NCBI GenBank assembly: GCA_020846335.1
Contig: JADLED010000087.1
Coordinates: 9,032 to 73,031 of the forward strand
Length of the DNA: 64,000 bases
Direction: 5' to 3'
From: Bacteroidia bacterium
GTDB lineage: Bacteria > Bacteroidota > Bacteroidia > B-17B0 > Aurantibacillaceae
The notes below the pieces were generated by a model. It had not been told where the DNA came from, did not search any database, and saw only the letters and a program-made list of their open reading frames with translations. Below are positions 8,602 to 18,799 of the stretch, piece by piece. A program made the translations under genes and the position numbers. Within the stretch, counting starts at the first letter, position 1; each line of letters starts with the position of its first letter.

Positions 8602-10950
8602 ATGCTCATGTTAAAAATTAAACAAATGGTTACTGTTGGTTTGGTATTATCCTTACCAACAATGTTATTGTCGCAATCTCCCCGAAAATTTTTCGATGCG
8701 GCAACAAAATTTGAAAAATCTAAAAACTACGAAATGGCACTCGAAAATTACACGAAAGCCATTGATTTGGATGCCAAATACGAAAAGGCTTATCCGGCAA
8801 GAGCTTTGTGCTACGAAAAACTAAATAAAAAAACAGAAGCCATTGCCGATTACCGCAAAGCCATTTCCTTTGATCCAAAATCCAAAGAAATGTATTACAA
8901 TGCCGGACGCCTTTTGGCCGAACTCGACAGCAATGCCTCGGCCGATGTATTGCTCCGAAAAGCGATTGACAGAGATAAGGGTTACACTGAAGCCCTGGCC
9001 ATTGAGGTTGGTGTGCTGTTTAAACTCAAAGATTTTAAGCATGGTTTAATTGTAACCCAAATGGCAATTGACGATAAAAGAACTGCGCTGAGTTTATACA
9101 ACCACGCAGTTAACCTCGACAGCCTGAAAAATTTTGTGGAAGCCGAAAAATTTTACCGCAATGCCAAACTAACCGACCCAAAATTTTCGGCGGCAAGTGT
9201 GGCACTGGCGCTAACCGAGGTAAAATTAAACAAAGCCGATCAGGCCATGAAAACCTGTGACGAGGCTCTGGTAAAAGACCCTAACAATGCCGATTTGTTT
9301 TATGCCAAAAGTGTGGTGCATGCTTCCAAAAAAGATTTTCAAAATGCAATCAACGAAATTACAAAGGTGATTTTATCGAAACCTTCGGTAAAGGTTTATA
9401 TGGAACGCGCCTCTTATTACGAAATACTTGGCCAGCAATACACCGCCGTGAGCGACTATGGACAAGCCATTAAGCTCGATCCTAAAAATCTGGAAGCCTA
9501 TCTTAAACGCGCCGCTGCAAATGAAAACCTTCAAAATTTTAAGGCTTCACTTAACGACTATAATAAAATTTCAACCCTTGCTTCGGGCGACGAAAAAATA
9601 AGTGCCATTGTTCAGGAAGCAAAAAAGAAAATATTTGAACTCAGTCGCGAAAATGTAAAACCTGAAATTGAAGTGCTATCGCCTAAAGCAGAAAGAAATA
9701 TTATTAAAGTTTCGTCGGATAAAAATGAACTGGTTCTAAAAGGTTTTGTGAAAGATGAAAACCTGATTAAAAACATGAATGTGAATTCGGGCAACGCCAC
9801 TTTTTCGGCCGACTCACTTAACCCCGGCTTTACCATTCAGGTAACCGATTTAACCCGGCTTAATGAAATTACCATTAGCGCCACCGACGTTTACAACAAC
9901 ACACAAATAACACAGTTTAAACTCGAAAAAACCGAAAGCGACAAGCCTATTATTGCCATTGAAACTCCGGTGGCCTCGTTTGAAAATGAGATTTTTATTG
10001 ATAACAATGGGGCCGAGGTTTACATTCAGGGCAAAATAAAAGATGCCAGTTTAATCGAATCAATTATGATTGACGGGCTCATTGCTTCATTTAACCCAAC
10101 CAACCTCAATCCGGAATTTTCGGCTCAGGTAAAAATTGCCGATAAAAATAAAATCACATTTGCAGTGAAAGATATTTACGGCAACGAAAACGTGCAGGTG
10201 TTTACCATTAACCGTAGTGGCGCTACAGCCGGAATCGACAACCCGATGGGCAACACCTGGGTGGTGTTTATTGAAAACAGCAAATACCAAAGTTTTCCAA
10301 GTTTAGAGGGGCCGTCGAAAGATGTTACTGCCATGAAAGCCGCTTTGGCCAATTACAAAATCACCAAAATAATTCACAAAAAAGACATGACTAAAACCGA
10401 AATGGAAAAGTTTTTTTCGATAGAATTAAGAGATTACGTAAAAAATAACACCATTAATTCTTTACTTATTTGGTATGCAGGTCATGGCAAATACGTGAGT
10501 CCAACCGGTTATTGGGTACCATCCGATGGAAAAACAGACGATGAATTCAGTTACTTTGGTATCAACAATTTAAAAGCCGCCATGCAGTCTTATATTGGCA
10601 AATTGGTTCACACTCTTGTAATTACGGATGCCTGTGAATCGGGAGCCACCTTTTTAATGGCCATGCGTGGTGGCGATGAAGAAAAACGTTGTGATAATTT
10701 TGAACTTACAAAAGCCAAATCGGCGCAGGTTTATACTTCCGCCGGTTACGAGCTGGCTTCAGACAATTCGCAGTTTACCAAAACATTTGTGTCAACACTT
10801 AATAATAATGTGGAAGTGTGTTTGCCAATTGAAAAAATTGTAAAAAAGGTAAGTGCCGCAGTTTCTCAGGCAGGCAATCAGGCCCCAAAGTTTGGTAAAA
10901 TAAAAGATCTGGAAGACGAAGGCGGAACTTATTTCTTCATTAAAAAATAA
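8602..10950 (+). CDS. Exported TPR-repeat / Ig-like / caspase-like (peptidase C14) protein
   Basis: Signal peptide ..LLS-Q; about 9 TPR-like repeats; two similar beta-rich repeats; C-terminal WVVFIENSKY..YAGHG..DACESG His/Cys dyad. Confidence 0.88.
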   Translation: MLMLKIKQMVTVGLVLSLPTMLLSQSPRKFFDAATKFEKSKNYEMALENYTKAIDLDAKYEKAYPARALCYEKLNKKTEAIADYRKAISFDPKSKEMYYNAGRLLAELDSNASADVLLRKAIDRDKGYTEALAIEVGVLFKLKDFKHGLIVTQMAIDDKRTALSLYNHAVNLDSLKNFVEAEKFYRNAKLTDPKFSAASVALALTEVKLNKADQAMKTCDEALVKDPNNADLFYAKSVVHASKKDFQNAINEITKVILSKPSVKVYMERASYYEILGQQYTAVSDYGQAIKLDPKNLEAYLKRAAANENLQNFKASLNDYNKISTLASGDEKISAIVQEAKKKIFELSRENVKPEIEVLSPKAERNIIKVSSDKNELVLKGFVKDENLIKNMNVNSGNATFSADSLNPGFTIQVTDLTRLNEITISATDVYNNTQITQFKLEKTESDKPIIAIETPVASFENEIFIDNNGAEVYIQGKIKDASLIESIMIDGLIASFNPTNLNPEFSAQVKIADKNKITFAVKDIYGNENVQVFTINRSGATAGIDNPMGNTWVVFIENSKYQSFPSLEGPSKDVTAMKAALANYKITKIIHKKDMTKTEMEKFFSIELRDYVKNNTINSLLIWYAGHGKYVSPTGYWVPSDGKTDDEFSYFGINNLKAAMQSYIGKLVHTLVITDACESGATFLMAMRGGDEEKRCDNFELTKAKSAQVYTSAGYELASDNSQFTKTFVSTLNNNVEVCLPIEKIVKKVSAAVSQAGNQAPKFGKIKDLEDEGGTYFFIKK

Positions 10951-10968
10951 AAACTGTCAGGTTGTGTG

Positions 10969-13900
10969 ATGCGAATACATTTTAAAATTATACAACTTCT
11001 GCTATTACTGCTTTCCTTATCCACCGGGGCGCAAACCTATCATTTTGCCAATTATGGCGTTAAAGATGGTTTGGCACAATCCAACGTTTCTGGCATTGTG
11101 CAGGATAGTGCCGGGTTTTTCTACATTGCAACCGCAGGCGGAGTATCGCGCTTCGACGGAAAAAATTTTACGAATTATACCACCGAAGACGGACTGGCCG
11201 ATAACAATGCCAGCGCCATTTTTAAAGATAAAAACAACATTATTTGGATTGGTCATGAAAACGGTGGCCTTACCCGTTTTGACGGACGTACTTTTAAAGA
11301 AATAAAATCAAAACTGTTACCCAAAGACAAAAAAATTTACAGTTTTTTTCAGGACAGCAAAGGGAGTTTGTGGATAGCCACCGAAAGCAAAGGCGCCATT
11401 CGCATTTTAAATCCTTCAAATAGTAAAAGTGATAAATTTCAAACCAATGTTTATTCAGGTGAAGACGGCCTGAGCCAATACGTACTTTCAGTATCGGAAG
11501 ATAAAAAAGGAAACATCTGGTTTTTAACCGACATTGGCATAAAGATTCTGGATGCAGGCACACGCCATTTCGATTTTTTTAAACCACAAGGCATGCCGGT
11601 TGGGCAGGTTTCGGCCATGTATCGCGACCACGATGGTAACTTTATTATCGGTACATTAAATGGCAGTCTTACCAAATACAATATTTCTACCGCAACTTTT
11701 GAAACGCTGCTTGCTTCAGAAGAACTATTGAAACTAAATTCAGGAAACGGTTCCAACATAATTTACACCATTTTTGAAGACAGTAAAAATAACCTCTGGG
11801 CTTCGGTACTAAACTCGGGAGTTGTCAGGTACAACAAGGGTTCCAAAACAAGTACTCTTTTTAACACCGCCAATGGTCTTTCGGTAAATAAAATAAAATG
11901 CATTTGCAACGACGACGAGGGAAACATTATTTTAGGCACCTCTGGCGAAGGACTGGAAATTTTTTCCGGCGAAAAATTTGTGTCTTACACCAAACGCAAT
12001 GGTCTTTCGGATAATCAGGTTTGGGCCATTTGCAAGGATAAAAAAGGCAATATGTGGTTTGGCACCAACGAGGGTTTAACGGTGCATAATCCAAAAGAAA
12101 CACCCGACAAAGCTTACAAAGCCATAGGCGTGTCCGAAGGTCTTCCGTCTAACAACGTGAGGGCCATTGTAAATGATAAGGCAGGAAACCTGTGGATTGG
12201 TACCTGGGGTGGCAAGGTGATTAAATACGATGTGGATAATTCCAAAATGATTGTTGTGCCATCGCTTAATGACATTGTAAACAATCTTGTAAGTTGTTTA
12301 ATGATTGACAGTCATAACCGGCTTTGGATAGGCACACTTGAAGGCATTGTGGTTTATGACCTTGGCAGTGGCGCTATTAAAACCTACCGCACCATAGATG
12401 GTCTGAGCGATAACGATGTGTCGTGTTTGTTTGAACAAAGCAATGGCGATATCTGGATTGGCACCAAACAAAAGGGTGTTACGGTATTTAACGGCCAAAG
12501 CTTTAAAAAATACAACCGCGAAAACGGATTTAATTACAACAGCATTTCATCGATTACCGAAGACTCTAAAAAAAATATCTGGATTGGAACAGAAAGCGGC
12601 GGAGCGTTGGTATTTAATGGCAAAACGTTTACCAATTACAAAACAAAAAACGGGCTGGTATCTGACTTTGTTACCTTGATAATTGCCGACAGGGCGGGAA
12701 GTGTTTGGTTGGGTACCAACAAGGGGTTGAATAAATTTGTTGCCTACAAATCGGCCTTTGCCTCTTACCTTGGTCAGGATGGTTTTACCGGGCTGGAAAC
12801 CAAGCCCCGTGCTGTGTACATCGACGAAGAAAATAATATTTGGTTTGGAACCGTGAACGGGGCATTTAAGTACACGCCTAAATTTGATTTACCGGTTACA
12901 CAAGAACCGTTAACGCATTTACTTAATATTAAAGTGAATTTAAACGATGTTGCCCTTACTGACAAATTGAACCTGTCGTATCAGGAAAACTCATTGACCT
13001 TTGATTTTTTCGGTATTTCGCTTTCAAATCCGGATGGTGTAACCTACAAAACCAAACTGGAAGGCTATGATAACGACTGGAAATCAATCTCCAAACAAAC
13101 CAGTGAAATCTACTCGAACTTACCACCCGGACATTATACCTATAAGTTGATGGCCTGCAATGGCTGGGGCGTATGCAATTCAGAGCCACTAAGTGTTAGC
13201 ATAGTTATTACTCCTCCCTTCTGGAAAACATGGTGGTTTTATTTAACGGTAATTGTGGTGTTTGTTACTGCCTTGTTCGCCTTTATTAAAATTCGGGAGC
13301 GCAGTCTTATTCTTGAGAAAAAAATACTGGAAGAAAAAGTAAACGAACGCACTGCCGAAGTAGTTGAAAAAAACAAAGAACTGGATGCTAAAAATCAGGA
13401 CATCACCGCCAGTATACGTTATGCCAAACGCATTCAGGAAGCTATTTTACCCCCTGATGAGTTTGTGAAAAAAAATCTACCAAACACCTTTATACTTTTT
13501 AAACCCAAAGACATTGTGAGTGGCGACTTTTACTGGATGGAAACCAAAAACGACCATGTGTTGTTTGCCGCCGTGGATTGCACCGGGCACGGGGTTCCGG
13601 GCGCGTTTATGTCGATTGTGGGACATAATTTATTGGACCGGATTATTTCTGAACAGGAAATTACCGAGCCTGCAAAAATTCTGGATGAACTCAATAAAGG
13701 CTTAGGCGAAACCCTAAGGCAAAACGATTTGGAAGACAATACGGTTAAAGACGGCATGGACATTACACTTTGCTCCTTTCATCAAAAATCGGGCACCATG
13801 CAGTATGCCGGGGCGTTTAATCCCTTGTGGCTTATCAGAAATAACGAGTTAATTGAATTTAAAGCCGATAAATTTCCAATAGGCAACAGCACAACGGCTC

Positions 13901-14163
13901 ACCGCAACAGTTTTGCCAATCACAGCATTGAATTGCAAAAGGGCGATACATTTTATATTTTTTCTGATGGCTATTGCGATCAGTTTGGCGGCCCCTCAGG
14001 TAAAAAATTCAAGGCAAGTAATCTTAAACAGGTGCTTCTAAAATCGCAACACCTTAATATGCAACAGCAACGCGACCTCCTAAACGAAACCATTGAAAAC
14101 TGGCGTGGCACGCTGGAACAGGTGGACGACATACTGGTTATTGGAACCAGGTATGAGGGATAA
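10969..14163 (+). CDS. Membrane sensor: two-component-regulator beta-propeller + Y_Y_Y domain + TM + SpoIIE/PP2C phosphatase
   Basis: Repeats such as GL..N.V..I..D..GN.WIGT; Y_Y_Y YSNLPPGHYTYKL; TM PPFWKTWWF; PP2C motifs SGDFYW, DCTGHGVPGAFMS, DGMD, SDGYCDQFGG, DDIL. Confidence 0.92.
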   Translation: MRIHFKIIQLLLLLLSLSTGAQTYHFANYGVKDGLAQSNVSGIVQDSAGFFYIATAGGVSRFDGKNFTNYTTEDGLADNNASAIFKDKNNIIWIGHENGGLTRFDGRTFKEIKSKLLPKDKKIYSFFQDSKGSLWIATESKGAIRILNPSNSKSDKFQTNVYSGEDGLSQYVLSVSEDKKGNIWFLTDIGIKILDAGTRHFDFFKPQGMPVGQVSAMYRDHDGNFIIGTLNGSLTKYNISTATFETLLASEELLKLNSGNGSNIIYTIFEDSKNNLWASVLNSGVVRYNKGSKTSTLFNTANGLSVNKIKCICNDDEGNIILGTSGEGLEIFSGEKFVSYTKRNGLSDNQVWAICKDKKGNMWFGTNEGLTVHNPKETPDKAYKAIGVSEGLPSNNVRAIVNDKAGNLWIGTWGGKVIKYDVDNSKMIVVPSLNDIVNNLVSCLMIDSHNRLWIGTLEGIVVYDLGSGAIKTYRTIDGLSDNDVSCLFEQSNGDIWIGTKQKGVTVFNGQSFKKYNRENGFNYNSISSITEDSKKNIWIGTESGGALVFNGKTFTNYKTKNGLVSDFVTLIIADRAGSVWLGTNKGLNKFVAYKSAFASYLGQDGFTGLETKPRAVYIDEENNIWFGTVNGAFKYTPKFDLPVTQEPLTHLLNIKVNLNDVALTDKLNLSYQENSLTFDFFGISLSNPDGVTYKTKLEGYDNDWKSISKQTSEIYSNLPPGHYTYKLMACNGWGVCNSEPLSVSIVITPPFWKTWWFYLTVIVVFVTALFAFIKIRERSLILEKKILEEKVNERTAEVVEKNKELDAKNQDITASIRYAKRIQEAILPPDEFVKKNLPNTFILFKPKDIVSGDFYWMETKNDHVLFAAVDCTGHGVPGAFMSIVGHNLLDRIISEQEITEPAKILDELNKGLGETLRQNDLEDNTVKDGMDITLCSFHQKSGTMQYAGAFNPLWLIRNNELIEFKADKFPIGNSTTAHRNSFANHSIELQKGDTFYIFSDGYCDQFGGPSGKKFKASNLKQVLLKSQHLNMQQQRDLLNETIENWRGTLEQVDDILVIGTRYEG

Positions 14164-14217
14164 ATTCTGAACTAAAAAACTAAGTTCGTTTAATTGAATT
14201 TATTTAGTTGAAGGCTG

Positions 14218-15138
14218 CTAATCCAGCTTCAGCGTAGTATTCCCTATTACAGCACCATCGCACGAAATTTCGATGATGTAGTTGCCGGGTACCATTTCGC
14301 CCTGACCTTCGCAGTAACTCACGCCGCTAATTTCGGCATTGGCGTAGTTCAGGTCAGTTTTACCGGCAAAATAACCACTGCTCTGATTAAACGTAAATTT
14401 GTAATTATCGTCGTAGCCTTTGGCCATTTCTTTTCCGTCGGGTGTCATAATGCGAATGAACACGGTTTTTTCTCCGGCCCTTGCTATTTTATTTTCGCCC
14501 AAACTAAAACTTACTTTTATTTTTTCAGCCTTGCGCGCTTTGGTGGTTTCCGATTCTTTTTTTCCACCACGTTTGTAAAACACCGCTTTGGCCGAAATAT
14601 TAAAACAACTCAATATACTTCCTTTGGCAATGGTGGATTTTAATTCATCTTTCTCTTTCAACAAGGTATTTTGTTTTTCCTTTTCAACCCCCAACTGTTT
14701 TACCACCGTCTTTTTCTCGGCCACCAAAGTTTGATTTAAGGTGTTTAACGAATCAATTGTGCGCACATAGCCTTTCATTATTGAACGTAAAGTTTCGGTT
14801 TCTTCGCGCAGTTTTCTAATAATGGAGGCATCCCCCTTGTGTTTGGCCGCCTCTTTAATTAATTCTTCAATTCTTGCTTTTTTCTCATCAATGTCTTTTT
14901 GCATGGCAGCATTGGTGCCCGTAAGTCCTTCGTAATCTTTTTGAAGCGAACGCAACTCGGCCTCCACGTTGTTTTTTTCGTAAACCACCTTTTCGGTAAC
15001 CAGTTTTTCGGTAACCACCTGACCTTTTTGATTGTACCACAACCAGAGGGTGTACACATTTGTGCAGGCTAACAAGGCAATTATAAACCAAAGTATAAGT
15101 CCGCGTTTTTTGCGGGAATTTTCATTTTCTTCGCTCAT
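14218..15138 (-). CDS. Hypothetical single-pass membrane protein with long coiled coil and C-terminal beta domain
   Basis: N-terminal TM (LILWFIIALLACTNVYTLWLW), heptad-rich E/K region, beta-rich C-terminus. Confidence 0.8.
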   Translation of the reverse strand: MSEENENSRKKRGLILWFIIALLACTNVYTLWLWYNQKGQVVTEKLVTEKVVYEKNNVEAELRSLQKDYEGLTGTNAAMQKDIDEKKARIEELIKEAAKHKGDASIIRKLREETETLRSIMKGYVRTIDSLNTLNQTLVAEKKTVVKQLGVEKEKQNTLLKEKDELKSTIAKGSILSCFNISAKAVFYKRGGKKESETTKARKAEKIKVSFSLGENKIARAGEKTVFIRIMTPDGKEMAKGYDDNYKFTFNQSSGYFAGKTDLNYANAEISGVSYCEGQGEMVPGNYIIEISCDGAVIGNTTLKLD

Positions 15139-15182
15139 GACCCAAATTTAACACACAAAAACAGTATTTTAGTGGCTGCACC

Positions 15183-15878
15183 ATGGCACTTATTAACGAT
15201 TTCTTGTCATTAATTTACCCCCGTTACTGCGAAGCCTGCGAGGAGAACCTTTTTAAGCACGAAGATTTATTGTGCAACAAGTGTTTATTAACGTTACCTA
15301 AAGGCCGCTACCACCTGCAAACTCACAACGAACTGGAACTGCTTTTTGCCGGAAGAATTCCAACTATTTCGGTTATGAGTTTGTTTGTTTATCAAAAATG
15401 CGGAAGGGTTCAAAAAATTCTTCACGCCATTAAATACCAACAACAAAAAGAACTGGCACGTTTTGCAGGGAAACTGTTTGCCGGAGAAAACGAAATTAAA
15501 AACACACTTAGTGGCGTTGACTTTGTGCTTCCGATTCCGCTTCATAAAAATAAATTAAAGGTGCGTGGCTATAACCAAAGCCAACTATTTGCCGAAGGAA
15601 TTTGCAACACCTTAAATATTCCGATTGATACAGGAAGTCTGAGTCGGGTAAAGGAGACTTCCACCCAAACAAAAAAAAGAAAATACCAACGTTGGGAAAA
15701 CGTGGAAGGTATTTTTGAAGTGGCCAATCCAACAAAACTGGAAGGCAAACATGTGTTGCTTGTGGATGACGTGATAACCACCGGTGCCACGCTTGAAGCG
15801 GCCTGGCAGGCACTGAAACATTGCAGCGATATTAAGATTTCGATAGCCAGTATTGCCTTTGCAGGAAAATTAATTTGA
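15183..15878 (+). CDS. comF: ComF family amidophosphoribosyltransferase-like protein
   Basis: N-terminal CxxC..CxxC, RGYNQS motif, PRPP-binding LLVDDVITTGAT. Confidence 0.9.
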   Translation: MALINDFLSLIYPRYCEACEENLFKHEDLLCNKCLLTLPKGRYHLQTHNELELLFAGRIPTISVMSLFVYQKCGRVQKILHAIKYQQQKELARFAGKLFAGENEIKNTLSGVDFVLPIPLHKNKLKVRGYNQSQLFAEGICNTLNIPIDTGSLSRVKETSTQTKKRKYQRWENVEGIFEVANPTKLEGKHVLLVDDVITTGATLEAAWQALKHCSDIKISIASIAFAGKLI

Positions 15879-16002
15879 TTTTTTTAAGCTACTTCGCTTC
15901 AAGTAAAATATTTTAATATCTTTAACCCGAAACTCAGTAACCCGTACCTTTTTTAATCAGCACTTTATTAAGTAAACACTTAACAATTAATTATTTTATC
16001 TT

Positions 16003-16890
16003 ATGAACATTCAACCGGAAAATTTAGTTTTTAAAGGTGGCGGTGTATTAGGCATTGCCTATGCCGGCGCCATCGAAGTTTTAGAACAACAAAACGTTTT
16101 GCAAAGCGTAACACGCGTGGCCGGAACATCGGCAGGCGCAATTACCGCTGCTTTGGTAAGCCTTAATTACAACGCTGCAGAAATAAAAAACATTGTAAAT
16201 CAAACCAACTTTAAATCGTTTGAAGATGGCAATCCCATTCTTAATGCACTTCACGTTTTAAGGGATTATGGTTTTTATAAAGGCGATGCGTTTTTGCAAT
16301 GGATGCGGACGCAAATAACCAACAAAGGCTTGTCTGCCACAGCCACTTTTAGCGATTTTGCTGCAAAAGGTTGTAGGGAACTACATGTTTTTGCCACCGA
16401 TTTAAACATCAAAGGTTTAAAGGAATTTTCATTGGCAACCACGCCCAATGTGCCTGTAGCTGAGGCCGTGCGTGCCTCCATGTCTATTCCCATGTTTTTC
16501 GAAGCCTGGACATTTTCCAACAACAACCCTGATAATCACATTTATGTGGATGGCGGAATGATTTACAATTATCCCATTACTTTGTTCGATTCAAACGGAC
16601 AGGCCAATCCTAAAACACTGGGGCTTTTCCTTTCCAATCTTGGGCCGGCGGCACCACCCACCAATCTTAGCCAGGGCGATTTTGTAAAATACATTGGTTC
16701 TTTAGTTGAAACCATGTTGAATGCTCAGGTGGTAAATTTTTTACACGACCCCGAAGACGAAAAGCGCTCCATTATTATTGACAACCTTGGCATCTCCCCT
16801 ACCAACTTTAAACTAACAGACGATCAAAAAACCGCTTTGTTTAATTCGGGCAGGAAATACGCCTTACAATACTTAGGGGTAAGCGCCTAG
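16003..16890 (+). CDS. Patatin-like phospholipase
   Basis: GGGVLG oxyanion loop, GTSAG nucleophile elbow, DGG catalytic Asp. Confidence 0.92.
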   Translation: MNIQPENLVFKGGGVLGIAYAGAIEVLEQQNVLQSVTRVAGTSAGAITAALVSLNYNAAEIKNIVNQTNFKSFEDGNPILNALHVLRDYGFYKGDAFLQWMRTQITNKGLSATATFSDFAAKGCRELHVFATDLNIKGLKEFSLATTPNVPVAEAVRASMSIPMFFEAWTFSNNNPDNHIYVDGGMIYNYPITLFDSNGQANPKTLGLFLSNLGPAAPPTNLSQGDFVKYIGSLVETMLNAQVVNFLHDPEDEKRSIIIDNLGISPTNFKLTDDQKTALFNSGRKYALQYLGVSA

Positions 16891-16895
16891 TACAA

Positions 16896-17333
16896 TTACG
16901 AATTTGAAGTTCTGTCCAAAAAACGAAGCTTGTCTTCATTGGCAAGCAGGGCACAATTTTCAACCCTGCCAAAAAGTTTCATGCGCTTTTTAGCAACAAG
17001 GTCGTAAAAAAAGTTACGGATAAATGGCGGCACTACTATAAAAATAATTAATAGCGGCCATAGTCCTTTCATATAAAGCGTTAGCCGCAAAGCCGCGCAG
17101 GACTTGATGTGCGCTTCGTGTTCCTTAATCAGAATGATGCTGTCTATTTTATCATCCAACTCAAAGTAATTCCTGATGGCCTTACCCTCTTCAGATTCCA
17201 GTGCCACAAAGTGCATTTTTTTATTTTTTTCACGGCGCAAAAAAAACTGCACCGAACGGTTACAAAAACCACATTCGCCATCAAATAACAAAATAGGCTG
17301 TTTGCTCAGGAGGTAATCCAATTTTTCTTTCAT
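16896..17333 (-). CDS. DCC-family thiol-disulfide oxidoreductase
   Basis: N-terminal FDGECGFC (DxxCxxC) and the family-typical RxxFYDxVAxxR C-terminus. Confidence 0.9.
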   Translation of the reverse strand: MKEKLDYLLSKQPILLFDGECGFCNRSVQFFLRREKNKKMHFVALESEEGKAIRNYFELDDKIDSIILIKEHEAHIKSCAALRLTLYMKGLWPLLIIFIVVPPFIRNFFYDLVAKKRMKLFGRVENCALLANEDKLRFLDRTSNS

Positions 17334-18799
17334 GGTCGTGCGTAAATATAATAGGGGTCAACACTTAATTCCGTTTTTTTGGGAAGCAAGGTAAAGGTGT
17401 TTAAATCGATAAAATTCACAAATCCATTTTTTCCCCCACAAAGACCGGTGTGATGCGACGGCGGGCCTGCCGAAGACACATTGCGTGAAAGCACATAAAG
17501 TATTTTGGTATTTTCGTCCACGGCCAGGCCGTGTGGCTGGTAACCCACATTTAATTTTGTGTGAGCAAATGTAGTTCCATCCACCCGCGAAACCGCACCG
17601 GTAAAACCGTTCCCCACATCGTTAGTGCAGGTAATAAAATACTGGTTGGTGGATTTTGAATACATAATTTCCTGCGGAAAGCTTCCTAATGAAACTACGG
17701 CTATCACAGAAGCTGTGGCAATGTTAAACACCCGCAATTCGTTTGTTTGCTGACAGGTTATTAAAATATTTTGTCCGTCGGGCGAAAGAATCATGTCGTG
17801 AGGGTCGAGTGACGACGACGGGTTTTCGGTGGCACCGTTTTCAATTACCAGGCGTTTGGTTCCAAACTGAAAGCCGGTATCAATTTCAGTGATAAAATTT
17901 CCGCGTTGTGAGGCCACGTAGATTTTATCCTCCGTTCTATTTAAGGTGATACCATGCGGTTCGTAAAAGCCTCCACTGTAGTGCAATAGTTTCATGTTTT
18001 CCAAATCTACCGCAGCAACTTTGCCACTTGCTGTCCACGACACACAATAAGCCCTTTTGCCATCGCTGCTAATGGCCAATGTGTTCCAGTTTTGCGCATC
18101 GCCGGAAGTGTTGGTGGTGGTACCCGCCGCAAAGGGTGTTAATGGAATATCGCCCACATAACTGTCGTCGCTGCAACGGAATTTTTGCAAAATATTGTTT
18201 CCAATAAATAATACGTACCAGTAATTTCCATCGGGCGAAACCTTTAACTGGTGAGGGCTTTCGGTATCAAGTTTGTTTCCCACTTCAATGTACCGCATTG
18301 GCAGCCGTGTTTCGCTGTCAAAAACAGTAACCACATCGCAACCCTGATTAACGGCGTAGAGTTTTTTTCGTTTTGGATTGTCGGCCCATTTTACGGTTCC
18401 GTTCAAATCGGGGGCACCTTTGTCAATCCAGTCTTTCATGGCCTTTACGTCATCATACGACAAACTGGTGCGGTTGAGTGGCATGGTTGGTCCGTTTTGT
18501 GGGCCCAATTCAACAAAGGTATTTATGTAATAACACAATGAGGAGTATTTGCTGTTATAAGGAATTACCGGTGAGCCATTGGCCGAACCTTTAAAAAGTT
18601 CTGACCAGGTTTCGAGGTTAAGTGCTCCCGCAGCCATGTAACTGGCAGTGTTATGACAACCAGACACCGAACAGTTCTTTTTGACAATCTTATCTATGTT
18701 ATTTGGATAGGCGCCGTAGTTTTTTGTACCCACATCTTTAGTGCATGAATAAACAAACAACAGGCCTGCCAGCAAAACGTATCTGCAAAAAAAAGTCAT
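17330..18799 (-). CDS. Lipoprotein with putative c-type cytochrome domain (CX4CH) fused to YncE/YVTN-like beta-propeller
   Basis: Lipobox FVYS-C; CSVSGCH; MP..L..D...MKDWIDKGA cytochrome C-terminal pattern; propeller repeats (SPHQLKVSPDG, EPHGITL, DPHDMILSPDG, QPHGLAV). Confidence 0.8.
   Translation of the reverse strand: MTFFCRYVLLAGLLFVYSCTKDVGTKNYGAYPNNIDKIVKKNCSVSGCHNTASYMAAGALNLETWSELFKGSANGSPVIPYNSKYSSLCYYINTFVELGPQNGPTMPLNRTSLSYDDVKAMKDWIDKGAPDLNGTVKWADNPKRKKLYAVNQGCDVVTVFDSETRLPMRYIEVGNKLDTESPHQLKVSPDGNYWYVLFIGNNILQKFRCSDDSYVGDIPLTPFAAGTTTNTSGDAQNWNTLAISSDGKRAYCVSWTASGKVAAVDLENMKLLHYSGGFYEPHGITLNRTEDKIYVASQRGNFITEIDTGFQFGTKRLVIENGATENPSSSLDPHDMILSPDGQNILITCQQTNELRVFNIATASVIAVVSLGSFPQEIMYSKSTNQYFITCTNDVGNGFTGAVSRVDGTTFAHTKLNVGYQPHGLAVDENTKILYVLSRNVSSAGPPSHHTGLCGGKNGFVNFIDLNTFTLLPKKTELSVDPYYIYARP

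Noticed and set aside
8602-10950. CRISPR-associated or Avs-type cytoplasmic caspase/TPR defence protein
   Set aside because: Has a signal peptide, has no STAND NTPase or CHAT partner, and no cas genes are nearby
16003-16890. CBASS system (CapV effector)
   Set aside because: No CD-NTase, Cap2/Cap3 or other CBASS genes adjacent
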